DNA from: a virus
Taxonomy: Duplodnaviria; Caudoviricetes
Direction: 5' to 3' (one strand)
Virus record (IMG/VR): IMGVR_UViG_3300043407_000013
Span: 1-31,704 of that record
DNA: 31,704 nt
Shown: positions 6,802-15,970 of the stretch, piece after piece
How positions within the stretch are numbered: position 1 is the stretch's first letter
Layout of the letters: each line of letters opens with the position of its first letter
Notes under the pieces: generated by a model
The model's database searches: none
Told to the model about the DNA's origin: nothing
The model's input: the letters and a program-made list of their open reading frames with translations, nothing else
Program-made: the position numbers and the translations under genes

Positions 6802-7527
6802 TCAATCCTCCGACATATCGGTTGCAGCCAAGTTGATGCGGGTTTTTAGTGCCGCAATATCTTCGGGCTTGTTTTTAAATCCAATAGCTACATATCCCGC
6901 AAATTTACCCATATCGGGGGGGATTGAGCCTCGGCACATAAACTTTACACCTTGCTTTGCACCCCATTCACCCACCTTGCTTGACGGGTTAAATTCTTCG
7001 CACATAACCTCACCGTTAAGCATGGCAACCATTGCGCTATTGCGGTCGGAGCTTGCGTTAAACAATGAAGTAATTGATCCTTCAATAGCCTTTTCCCGTG
7101 AGCCATCGGCATTTAAAGCCAAAACCGTTGTGCGGCTATTTGTTGACAAATTGGCTTTGTGAATTAAAACAACAATTCCATCCACATCTTTCATCAAACT
7201 ACGGGCGGGCGCAAGCAAGTTCTCTTGTTTTGCCAATTGCGGCATTTTGTCTTGAGTTGTAATAGCGTGCAAGATTACTTGGCGAGAATCCCAAGCAAAA
7301 TAGCCCGCAAAGAACAAAAACGACAAAAGAATGACCGTAAACAATTTAAAAGGATTGTCTACCCACTCAATTAACCCAATGACTTTACCAAGGGCGCTAT
7401 CGTCCTTTTTGGGTTCGGATTTGGCGGTTGGTGCGGCAACGGACACGTTGATTGTTTGCTCGGCTTTGGGCTTAGGTGTACGCCTTTTAACGGGCGCTAC
7501 TTTGGCGGGGGCTTTTTTTGTCACCAT
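6802..7527 (-). CDS. Single-TM protein with C-terminal GAF-like domain; T4 T-type holin candidate
   Basis: Basic N-tail, amphipathic helix, one TMD, ~150 aa alpha/beta domain with MLNG and FAGYVAIGF; inside the lysis cluster. Confidence 0.6.
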   Translation of the reverse strand: MVTKKAPAKVAPVKRRTPKPKAEQTINVSVAAPTAKSEPKKDDSALGKVIGLIEWVDNPFKLFTVILLSFLFFAGYFAWDSRQVILHAITTQDKMPQLAKQENLLAPARSLMKDVDGIVVLIHKANLSTNSRTTVLALNADGSREKAIEGSITSLFNASSDRNSAMVAMLNGEVMCEEFNPSSKVGEWGAKQGVKFMCRGSIPPDMGKFAGYVAIGFKNKPEDIAALKTRINLAATDMSED

Positions 7528-7529
7528 GT

Positions 7530-7769
7530 TTAAACCAATATGTCTATTTTACGGTTTGTAAAAATCTCTAAGTTAAGTTGATTGCGTTCGGCTTTTTTAA
7601 CGTACAACTCAAATTCAAGATCGTCAATCTTGTCCTTGACTTTTTTCATTTTCAAGGCTTGTTTGTATTCTTCCTCAAGCCGTTCCGCCCTACGCTCTAA
7701 CGCATCCGTTTTGCTCGGATAGCCCTCCGGTTGCACCATCGGATACCATTTGTGTATAGGCGGGATCAT
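7530..7769 (-). CDS. Small cytoplasmic coiled-coil protein
   Basis: ATGA coupling; highly charged helix. Confidence 0.7.
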   Translation of the reverse strand: MIPPIHKWYPMVQPEGYPSKTDALERRAERLEEEYKQALKMKKVKDKIDDLEFELYVKKAERNQLNLEIFTNRKIDILV

Positions 7770-8053
7770 TTCTTTTCACGCTCAAGTGCATCTTTGTATC
7801 CATGAACAACTTTGTTACGCAGCCATGTGGAATCTGCCGAACCCGCCCACTCGGACAAATTGTTCCAAATGACTATGTATTCCGTTGATTTGCAATGGCC
7901 CGCGTTTTTGTCCAACCACGCCATCATCTCTTTGTGCCGTTGCGTTGGATCGTGAACCGTGTACGCTATTCCATAGAACTCGCGCACATAACAACCATTT
8001 TTGGCTACCGCACCCGCTAGCCCAAACAATAATAAAAGAATGAGCCAACGCAT
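7766..8053 (-). CDS. Small secreted/periplasmic protein (signal peptide, 2 Cys)
   Basis: MRWLILLLLFGLAGAVA signal-like N-terminus without a lipobox. Confidence 0.7.
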   Translation of the reverse strand: MRWLILLLLFGLAGAVAKNGCYVREFYGIAYTVHDPTQRHKEMMAWLDKNAGHCKSTEYIVIWNNLSEWAGSADSTWLRNKVVHGYKDALEREKK

Positions 8054-8057
8054 TCAT

Positions 8058-8261
8058 TTACTTTGACCAATAGTGCGAAATGTAACCAAAGATTGAGGAA
8101 ATTCCCGATACCAATGCCATGCCCATCCAAAAGCCACCACGCCCTTTGTTGGCTAGTTCAATGAGCGTTTCTAATTGGGCTTCCATCTTGTCAATCTTGG
8201 CCTCCATAGATTCGACTTTTTGCCAAAGAACGCCATATTTAACTAAATCTATATCGGACAT
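8058..8261 (-). CDS. XhlA-like coiled-coil plus C-terminal TM protein (lysis-associated)
   Basis: Heptad coiled coil followed by GGFWMGMALVSGISSIFGYI. Confidence 0.65.
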   Translation of the reverse strand: MSDIDLVKYGVLWQKVESMEAKIDKMEAQLETLIELANKGRGGFWMGMALVSGISSIFGYISHYWSK

Positions 8262-8293
8262 ATCAAACTTTTTGTCAAAATTGGCATTTATGT

Positions 8294-8599
8294 TTATGCA
8301 CTATTTTGAGCAGCTTGAGCCGCTTCAGCAGCCAAACGCTGTGCTTCACGTTCAGCCGCAATTCGTGCTTGCTCTGCTTGATAAGCACTAACCACTTCAG
8401 CAGTCCAAGCCGCATTGCATATTGCAACAACATTAGCGGGAACGCCTGTTAAATCTTGTGCGGGTGTAAGGCTTGAACGATGGTAGGTTTGGCTAATTTG
8501 ATTTCCGTCTTCCATGATGCGTGTTGCTTCACGATAAAAAACAGACCCATTTTCAGTTACTGTGATTTGGTCAACAGTTGTGGTTTTAGTAAATGACAT
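8294..8599 (-). CDS. Tail-fibre-associated protein (chaperone/assembly candidate)
   Basis: Immediately downstream of the tail fibre; YHRS...VVAICNAAWT motif; AAGGA SD. Confidence 0.6.
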   Translation of the reverse strand: MSFTKTTTVDQITVTENGSVFYREATRIMEDGNQISQTYHRSSLTPAQDLTGVPANVVAICNAAWTAEVVSAYQAEQARIAAEREAQRLAAEAAQAAQNSA

Positions 8600-8609
8600 A
8601 ATTTTCCTT

Positions 8610-10322
8610 TTAAGTAGTTTGATAAACTATTGTTGCAGCCATTAAAGCACCAGTAAATGTTACGTTAAGAATAGTAGCGCCTCCAGTTGTGTACCAAGAT
8701 GCTTTTGTTCCACCAGATGCGTCTAAAGTTAAATAAATTGCGGCAGTATTTGTTTGTTGATAGTTAATAAATCCACCACCTGCGGTAGCACCAACACCTG
8801 ATTGACCTCCTGTTACAAAAGGAAGACCAGAAATTGCACCTGCTGCTGTACTACTTGTTGATGGATATGTAAGCCTAAAAGTTGCTACAACAGTTCTTCC
8901 AATTTTTGTATAACTTCCATATACGCTTGTGAATGATAAGCCCGCACCACTTCCGTCTGTAGGTGTCCAAGTACCTTCTTCATAGTCATCTAGCGTATTA
9001 GCGTCTGTAGATGCTGATTGAGTTGCGGGGAATGTGATGCCTGTGCCTGTTTGTGGTACTGCACCATTAAGCGCAACAGACCTTGTGCTATTAGTTGAGA
9101 TAAGTGGATTCCCATCCCCATCAGACAGCACGATGTAGTTGCTTGCTGTGCGAATATCTAGGCCACCTTGATTGCCGTTGTACCCACCAATGATGGCATT
9201 TTTACCGCCAGAGGTCATTGAGTAACCTGCGCCATAGCCTATATAGGTATTTGTAACTCCAGTGCTGTTATATCCTGACAATCCACCAAAAAATGCGTTT
9301 GCACCATTAGTTGTATTCGTATACCCCGCCTGATAACCTACAGCAGTATTGTTTGATGCTGTGGTGTTTTGTAGTGCGGTTTGTCCAACGGCTACGTTAC
9401 TTGTGCCAACCGAGTTGTAATACAAAGCCTGCTGTCCAATCGCAAGGTTTCCAGAACCCGACAAATTTGAATAACCAGCTTGATAGCCTATCGCAGTTAG
9501 TGAATTTCCTGTCGTATTTGTATAACCAGCTTGATAGCCTAAAACAGTTCCGTTAAGACCAGAACTGTTTGCCTGTAAAGCACTAGCACCCACCGCAGTA
9601 TTGGTAGCCACAGCACCTGCGCCACGGCCTACTGTTAGACCATTGATAGAGGCATCATTAGAACCCGTGACCGTGGTGAATGTTCCCGCAGCGGGGGTCA
9701 CATTGCCAATAATTCCTTGCAATGATGTAGCCGTTGCCACGCCAAGAGTAGGAGTCACTAAAGTTGGAGAAGTGGCAAATACGGAAGCACCCGTGCCCGT
9801 TGAACTTGCGGGGTTAAGCAATTGGAATCGAGTTCCATCGTATTCAATTAAATGAACTCTACCGCTTGCAATATCACCCGCAATCAAAGCCGTTGTGCCT
9901 TGTTTTGTAATATTTTTAGCGCCCAAACTATTTAGGTTAATTGTGGCCGCACCCGTATTGGTACTAGCCGCAACAAATGAAAACAAATTTCCCGTTGCAT
10001 AAGCGGCAAGGGCGGGCGTTACGGAACCCGTCAATGTGTCCGTGCCCGTAACGGTTGCAATAGTGGTTGCACCCGCTTGCAATTGACCATATTGAGCCGC
10101 ATCGGTTGCGGAAGTGCCCGCGCCCAAACCCGTTATCTTGAACGATCCCATTGGGATGTTTGCGGTTGGTGTGGTTTGTCCATCTTTGGTTAACGCGGTT
10201 GTTAGACCCGTGGCCAAGTCAGCGGTCAGCAAATTGAATGCCGTGCTAGTGATGGTTGTTCCCGTAACAACGGGTTGACCCGCCGTGTTGATATTGAACG
10301 TGCCCGTACCGTTGTAACTCAT
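8610..10322 (-). CDS. Tail fibre/spike (receptor-binding protein)
   Basis: G/T/A-rich; N-terminal anchor; repeated NTAVG/AIGYQAG beta-helix units; C-terminal TLDDYEEGTWTP domain. Confidence 0.9.
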   Translation of the reverse strand: MSYNGTGTFNINTAGQPVVTGTTITSTAFNLLTADLATGLTTALTKDGQTTPTANIPMGSFKITGLGAGTSATDAAQYGQLQAGATTIATVTGTDTLTGSVTPALAAYATGNLFSFVAASTNTGAATINLNSLGAKNITKQGTTALIAGDIASGRVHLIEYDGTRFQLLNPASSTGTGASVFATSPTLVTPTLGVATATSLQGIIGNVTPAAGTFTTVTGSNDASINGLTVGRGAGAVATNTAVGASALQANSSGLNGTVLGYQAGYTNTTGNSLTAIGYQAGYSNLSGSGNLAIGQQALYYNSVGTSNVAVGQTALQNTTASNNTAVGYQAGYTNTTNGANAFFGGLSGYNSTGVTNTYIGYGAGYSMTSGGKNAIIGGYNGNQGGLDIRTASNYIVLSDGDGNPLISTNSTRSVALNGAVPQTGTGITFPATQSASTDANTLDDYEEGTWTPTDGSGAGLSFTSVYGSYTKIGRTVVATFRLTYPSTSSTAAGAISGLPFVTGGQSGVGATAGGGFINYQQTNTAAIYLTLDASGGTKASWYTTGGATILNVTFTGALMAATIVYQTT

Positions 10323-10331
10323 TTTGTATCC

Positions 10332-12371
10332 TTATCTTCCGTATTGGTCAATATTTTGACCAATTATTGAACCACCACCCGTTTGCATTTGCGTTGATCT
10401 TTGGTTTAAAGCGCGAATCAATGCCTTTGTGTTTTCTACTTCTAATTGACCCGTTGGGCCGCGCAACAATAACATTTTAGCTAGTTCATTGCGCGTTGTC
10501 TCGGGCATTTGATTGATAACTTGACCAATCCTATTTTTAACATTTACCGCCTCACCCGCCGCCGCCATTGGGCTACCCGCCGCCACATTTGCCACGGCTT
10601 TGCCCGCCGCCATTGTGGTTGGCATAACGCCCAAATCTTCCGCGCCCGCCATTCTAGAGAAAGTACCCGAGCCGCGACCAACTTGTTCTAAAGGTTTTAA
10701 TCTAGCTTCTTTGGCAACTTCTTGAGCAAACTTTTGATAATCATCGCCAAATATTTCTTTAAGTCTATTGCTAGTGGCGGGTTCTTTCCACATCTTTAAC
10801 AAAGACGTTTGCCCCGCTTCCGTGCCAACTTTATCTTTTAAAGATTGCAATGCGCCTATGCGGAAAGCCTCTAATTCGCTTTTTGACATATTGCCCATCA
10901 AGTCGGATAAGGCAATATCGTCTTGCTTCATGGCCGTTCTACCCTTGACAACGGCATTGCCCAATTGTGATGGGCCGGCGTAGGCATCCAACGCTTGACG
11001 GTAAATTGAGCCATTTTTATCACTAGGTGATAAGGCTTCAAGTTTCTTTGTCAACGCTACTCGTAAATCATCGTATGCTCGGCTTGTGTTTGTTGCTTTG
11101 CCAAACTCACCACGGGCCGATTCGCCCATATCATAAAGTGATTGTTTGACAACATCCAAAACTTTGAGAGGGACATCATCGCCCGCCTTTAGTTTTGAAA
11201 TATCAATTGGTAATTGTCTATTCAATTGCGTCAACAACTCGGCTTTGCCATGCGCGGATGTTGAGGCTTGAATCAATGATTGCAACTCGGGGTCAATCTT
11301 GAGAGATACGTTTTCAAGTTGTTTATACAAAGGCGCGGATGTGGATTTTTTAACCGCATCCAATGCTTCCAATGTGGCCGTGAAACCCTTACCTTGAGTG
11401 CCTAAAGCCTCGTCAGCGGCGTTTGCAAGGCGCTCGGGTCTAAATGTTTGTTGCTCACGAATTCTTCGCTCTACAAGCGTTTTGGCTTGGCCAGGCATCG
11501 AGGCCAACACATCCAATTGAGCCAATGCACTCGGGCCACCCGCTTGTGCAATGCTTGCATTAGGATTCAATCCCATTTCGCGCTCAACACGGCTCAACAC
11601 GGTGTTTGAGCCATCCGCACTTGATCCACGTTGTAAGGCTTGGGCAAGTTTAATTCGAGCCGCTTCTTTGGCACTTTCGGGGATATAGCGTTGTGCAACA
11701 TTGCTACCCACGTTGTAAACGGCTTGTCCACCGCCCGATAAAACACCACCCGATGCGGCGGCAATCGCCGCTTTTTTGGCAATATCTTGAGCATATTCCG
11801 TGGGGTTGGTTACGGGGTTAATGTCGGATGCACCAACGGCGGAAATAGTGCCTTGTGTGCCCGCCATTTTTGCGGCCATTGCCATTTTTTCGGCAGCGGA
11901 TAATGCTTCGGCGGTTTGTTTGGCTTTGCTTGCCATTCCAAAAGGTGTGAGCAAAAGTGGCAAACCACCAACTACTTCGCTTGCAAATGCCGTTTTAGGG
12001 TTTGTTTCCCTAAATTGCTCATTTACGCCTTTGATGTAATCCCGAGTGTTGGCGTAAGTTTCGGTTGGAGTGGAATCAAAACCACGTTGCAAGATGTCCA
12101 TTCCCGCCGCGCCCGCACCCGCAATCTTTGGTGCAAAGTTAAAAGTCAAACCTTGAGCCGCCGCCAAACCCATTTTGCTTGGCATTGACAAGTCCGATTG
12201 GCGGCCTTGCACCATTGCGGGTGATTCAACCGTTTTGTCTACTGCGGGCTGAGATGTTGGGCTTTGCGTGATCTTAAAGATGGCCGCATTAACTTGGTCA
12301 TCCGACATCGTGACGGGAAAGTTAACGGGGCCAAAGTTGGGAATCTCTACGGTTTTAAATGCTTCGGACAT
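10332..12371 (-). CDS. Internal virion/DNA ejection protein (large)
   Basis: Ala/Gly-rich helical protein with hydrophobic stretches, in the podovirus ejection-gene position. Confidence 0.7.
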   Translation of the reverse strand: MSEAFKTVEIPNFGPVNFPVTMSDDQVNAAIFKITQSPTSQPAVDKTVESPAMVQGRQSDLSMPSKMGLAAAQGLTFNFAPKIAGAGAAGMDILQRGFDSTPTETYANTRDYIKGVNEQFRETNPKTAFASEVVGGLPLLLTPFGMASKAKQTAEALSAAEKMAMAAKMAGTQGTISAVGASDINPVTNPTEYAQDIAKKAAIAAASGGVLSGGGQAVYNVGSNVAQRYIPESAKEAARIKLAQALQRGSSADGSNTVLSRVEREMGLNPNASIAQAGGPSALAQLDVLASMPGQAKTLVERRIREQQTFRPERLANAADEALGTQGKGFTATLEALDAVKKSTSAPLYKQLENVSLKIDPELQSLIQASTSAHGKAELLTQLNRQLPIDISKLKAGDDVPLKVLDVVKQSLYDMGESARGEFGKATNTSRAYDDLRVALTKKLEALSPSDKNGSIYRQALDAYAGPSQLGNAVVKGRTAMKQDDIALSDLMGNMSKSELEAFRIGALQSLKDKVGTEAGQTSLLKMWKEPATSNRLKEIFGDDYQKFAQEVAKEARLKPLEQVGRGSGTFSRMAGAEDLGVMPTTMAAGKAVANVAAGSPMAAAGEAVNVKNRIGQVINQMPETTRNELAKMLLLRGPTGQLEVENTKALIRALNQRSTQMQTGGGSIIGQNIDQYGR

Positions 12372-14008
12372 TATTCAACCCTCCCCGTTGCGGGATTGTA
12401 AGTAGGAACTCGCCCCTTGCCCGCTTTGGTTGCGGCATTGTCCATGCCCGTTTTAATTGCATCCCTAAACTTGGACATTGCGTTTCTAAACGCATCGGGG
12501 GATTGTGCGGTTGAGGCTTCCGTCAATGCGGCCGTAGCCTTAGTTCCCTCAATCTCGGAAATCGCGCCACTACCCTTCATGCGTTGAACGGCCTCAAGGA
12601 AAGCGCCACCTTTAACTTGGTCATACATGGCTTTGAAGTCAGCGCCAACAGTGCCGCCTTGGAATGGCTTGTATTCAAACGGAATGGTTGTACCAACAAC
12701 GTCTTTCAAACCTTTGTGTTCGGGAATGAGAACTTTGCCATCCGCACCTTTTACACCAATCATTTGGTCAATTGTGCTAATTAAAGTTTGACCTTGTTGC
12801 ATCACTTGTGGCAATCCTTGTGCCGCTTCTTGTTGACCTTTTAATTGGGCAACTTGCAACTCTTGTTGAGCTTTTGGCGACAAAGCATTAGCCAACGCTT
12901 GATTAGGCGACACGGGGGGCGCAACGGGCATTGCTTGGGGTTGCATAGCCATAGGTCTAGCTTGGGCTTGTGGCGCTTGCATTGCGGCTTGTGGTGCGGG
13001 TTGCATGACGGGTTGCGCCAAGGGTTGTGCAATAGGTTGTTGAACGGGTTGAGCCAATGGTTGTGCAACGGGTTGGTTTGCTACGGGGTTTGGCACGCCA
13101 CCCGCTTTCATTCCCGTGTTGAAGAAAAGATCAGTTGCACTAATTCCAATCCTTGTCGCATCATTAGCAAGAGTAGCCTTTTGATTTGCACTTAAATCAT
13201 TAAATGCACGATCAGAAATTTCACGCTCTTGTTTTAATTTAATTGCGTTTTGCTCTGCCTCTTGTTTCAATCTTGCTTGAGTATCCGCACTAACCGATGG
13301 CACTAATAGCGAGAAGTCATTGCCGCCACCCGCCGTAAATGCTTTCAAACTCTCGGGCGTAAATGAGGCGGGGTTGACATTGCCAAAAGGAGACTTCGAG
13401 CCACCCGCAAACATTTTTTCGCCCGTTGTTGGGTTATATGCAATTTGACCTTCACCAAGTATTACAGGCGCTTTAGGTGCAAGTTGACCCATGTACATGG
13501 ATAAGGCTTGTTGTTGCATTCCAGGCGTTTTAAACTCGCCAATCAATGATGGATCAAGAATACCCGCCGCCTTTGCGGGCATAGCGGGCATCGTAAACGC
13601 CTTTTGTTGGTCGGGTTGCATTTGCGCAAATGATGACGCAAGGTTTGGATTATCCGAAAAGTCGCTTGCCGTTGGCTCTTGCTTCATTTCGGGCGTAGCC
13701 GCTTTGCCTTGCAAGCCTTGAATCAATCGTTGAATGTCCGAGGATGTGTCGGCACGGTATTGCTCACCCAACGCTTTTTGTTCCGATTTCAAACCTTCTT
13801 GGTTCTTGTTTGCCAAGTACATTTGAAGCACTTTAGCCAAACCTTGAACGGGGCTAATCGGGGCTTGAATGCCTTGATATGAACCCGCTTGAATAGGCTC
13901 AAATGCTTGTTGTTGAAGAATCTCGGCCATTTTTTGGCGGCGATCCAACTCTTGTTGTTGCAATTGATAAGGATTTGCAACATTAAACTGTTCGTATTGA
14001 TTAGCCAT
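12371..14008 (-). CDS. Internal virion/DNA ejection protein
   Basis: Q/A/P-rich; 'GSGAISEIEG' motif; synteny. Confidence 0.7.
   Translation of the reverse strand: MANQYEQFNVANPYQLQQQELDRRQKMAEILQQQAFEPIQAGSYQGIQAPISPVQGLAKVLQMYLANKNQEGLKSEQKALGEQYRADTSSDIQRLIQGLQGKAATPEMKQEPTASDFSDNPNLASSFAQMQPDQQKAFTMPAMPAKAAGILDPSLIGEFKTPGMQQQALSMYMGQLAPKAPVILGEGQIAYNPTTGEKMFAGGSKSPFGNVNPASFTPESLKAFTAGGGNDFSLLVPSVSADTQARLKQEAEQNAIKLKQEREISDRAFNDLSANQKATLANDATRIGISATDLFFNTGMKAGGVPNPVANQPVAQPLAQPVQQPIAQPLAQPVMQPAPQAAMQAPQAQARPMAMQPQAMPVAPPVSPNQALANALSPKAQQELQVAQLKGQQEAAQGLPQVMQQGQTLISTIDQMIGVKGADGKVLIPEHKGLKDVVGTTIPFEYKPFQGGTVGADFKAMYDQVKGGAFLEAVQRMKGSGAISEIEGTKATAALTEASTAQSPDAFRNAMSKFRDAIKTGMDNAATKAGKGRVPTYNPATGRVE
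12990..13085 (-). repeat. 12-bp coding repeats (QPxA/Q tetrapeptides)
   Basis: NPVANQPVAQPLAQPVQQPIAQPLAQPVMQPAPQ. Confidence 0.75.
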
Positions 14009-14012
14009 GTTT

Positions 14013-15968
14013 TTACCCGTTCAATAAACCGTAGTTGACCATTTTGTAACCGCTTGGGTGCATCACAATAGCTTCGGGCATGACTTTCTCAACCTCATCC
14101 GCCATTACACCTTGTTGACGCTCGCCAAAGATGTCATATTCATAAACACCAATACTAAGTTTGTGAGTGCCGATGCGCTCAATGTTTGACTTTAGTTTGC
14201 GGTCGGAGAACATAACAGGGGCAGCAGCACCGGCAAGGCTAAACAATCCGCTTGTCGTAGCATTAGCACCCGATTGTTGAATGCCATATCTTTGCATATC
14301 GGCCGCGCCTTGTGCTTGCGCACCCGCAAATACGGGGGCGGGGGCAATATTGGTTGGGTTGTAACCTTGGAATTGAGGCATTTGCAATTGCGAGCCACTC
14401 ATCAAACCCGTGATTTCATTTAAAGGTTGATTGCGCAATGCAAGTTGTTTTTGCAACTCTTGCGTGGCCGCACTATTACTAAATTGCGCACTACCAAGAT
14501 TTTGGTTGTATTGTTGAAGTTGTGCGGCATTAGCCAATTGTTGTTGTTGCGCGGCGGTATTTTGATTTTGTTGAATTGCCGCATTTGCCGCATTAGATGC
14601 CGTCATGCCTTGACCAAAGTTTTGACTAATCGCGGCATTTGCGGCATTTTGCGCCGCTAAACCTTGACCAAAGTTTTGCCCAATGGATTGATTTGCTAAT
14701 TGTTGCGCACTTAGACCTTGACCAAAGTTTTGACCAATAGAGGCATTTGCTAATTGTTGTGCGCTTAACCCTTGGCCGTAATTTTGGGCAATCGCTTGAT
14801 TTGCTAATTGTTGAGCATTTAAACCTTGCCCATAATTTTGGGCGATTGCTTGATTTTGTGCTTGTTGGTTTTGCAAATTAACACCAAAACTTGCTAATTG
14901 CGCTTGATTACCAAATTGGCCCGATTGAAGTTGTTGGTTAAAACCTTGGCCTTGAGCCGCATTTTGTGCTTGTTGCGCCGCTAAAGCATTTGCAAAGTTT
15001 TGTTGTGTTCCAACATTTCCATATTGACCCGAGGCTAAGGCTTGATTAAAGCCTTGTTGATTTGCGGCGGTATCTAAGTTAATTCCTTGCAAAGCCGCTT
15101 GGGTTAACAAGTCATTTTGTTGTTGACTTTGATCTAGCATGGCATTTTTATATGCCTCACCACCCGCCACTAAACCTTGATTCGCTAAATTTTGAGCATT
15201 TAACCTTTGTTGACGCTCTAATTGAGGCGCAAGTCGAGACATGATTGCCGCTTGTCCCGTAGTGCCCGCATTGACGGGCATTTGGGCAACATTACGCAAA
15301 TCTAATTGATTGTTTGAACGATAGTTATTGGCATTTAAATCTTGATTGATTTGACCAATATTACCAAGGGATTGTTGCAAATTAACGCCTTCAACACCGC
15401 CTTGTGCCATTCCATATTTACTAGCATCTACGCCGGCCGCCATGCCATATTTACTAGCATCTATGCCGCCCGCCATACCATATTGGGAGGGGTCAATACT
15501 TCCCGCCAAACCATATTGATTTGCCGCAACATCGCCTTTGGCTAATCCATACTTATCCGCCGCAATTGATGAGGCAGTGCCGTATTTAAACAAATCGGGT
15601 GCGCCTTGTATTTTTCCCGAATCGGCAAGTGATGTAACTACCGATGGCCCCGTATATTCAAACGGCTTGCTAATGATGTTTTTAGCGGTTGTAAGACCCG
15701 TTTCGCCAAGGTTTGCCAATCCTTGTTGAACTCGTTGTTGTGCCTCCAACGTGCTTTGTGCCGTTGGGGTCAAGTTTTGCGTAATCGTTGGTTGATTTGT
15801 AATAGGATCAAACGTAACGGTTTGACCACCCAACGGGCCAACAATGTTGGGGTTGTTTAAGTAACCTTGAGTAATCGCCGTTTCTTTGTTTGCCGTGCCT
15901 TGGGCGGTAGCGGCGGCGGCGTAATCAGGCGCGGCGGGCGCGGATGGTGATGGGCATAAGAAAGCCAT
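14013..15968 (-). CDS. Q/N-rich virion (pilot/ejection) protein with C-terminal intramolecular chaperone (Peptidase_S74-like) domain
   Basis: C-terminal FSDRKLKSNI..IG...YEY....QGVMADEVEKVMPEAI...GYKMVNY; N-terminal PAAPDY motif. Confidence 0.8.
   Translation of the reverse strand: MAFLCPSPSAPAAPDYAAAATAQGTANKETAITQGYLNNPNIVGPLGGQTVTFDPITNQPTITQNLTPTAQSTLEAQQRVQQGLANLGETGLTTAKNIISKPFEYTGPSVVTSLADSGKIQGAPDLFKYGTASSIAADKYGLAKGDVAANQYGLAGSIDPSQYGMAGGIDASKYGMAAGVDASKYGMAQGGVEGVNLQQSLGNIGQINQDLNANNYRSNNQLDLRNVAQMPVNAGTTGQAAIMSRLAPQLERQQRLNAQNLANQGLVAGGEAYKNAMLDQSQQQNDLLTQAALQGINLDTAANQQGFNQALASGQYGNVGTQQNFANALAAQQAQNAAQGQGFNQQLQSGQFGNQAQLASFGVNLQNQQAQNQAIAQNYGQGLNAQQLANQAIAQNYGQGLSAQQLANASIGQNFGQGLSAQQLANQSIGQNFGQGLAAQNAANAAISQNFGQGMTASNAANAAIQQNQNTAAQQQQLANAAQLQQYNQNLGSAQFSNSAATQELQKQLALRNQPLNEITGLMSGSQLQMPQFQGYNPTNIAPAPVFAGAQAQGAADMQRYGIQQSGANATTSGLFSLAGAAAPVMFSDRKLKSNIERIGTHKLSIGVYEYDIFGERQQGVMADEVEKVMPEAIVMHPSGYKMVNYGLLNG
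14575..14880 (-). repeat. About five to six 54-bp coding repeats (AQQLANQAIxQN[YF]GQGL[SN])
   Basis: ttgaccaaagttttg-type units at 14610, 14664, 14718, 14772, 14826. Confidence 0.9.
15403..15590 (-). repeat. About six 33-36-bp coding repeats ([KQ]YG[ML]A motif)
   Basis: Exact ccatatttactagcatcta at 15412 and 15445; six YG units in the protein. Confidence 0.85.
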
Positions 15969-15970
15969 GT

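Noticed and set aside
7766-8053. o-spanin/lipoprotein call
   Set aside because: The Cys is not in a lipobox (AVAKNGC) and the protein is not Pro-rich.
8610-10322. Diversity-generating retroelement target in the tail fibre
   Set aside because: No reverse transcriptase and no template/variable repeat pair seen; internal similarities are beta-helix coding repeats.
14575-14880. Regularly spaced repeats as a CRISPR array
   Set aside because: The 54-bp period is in frame, degenerate at codon third positions, has no unique spacers, and there are no cas genes.
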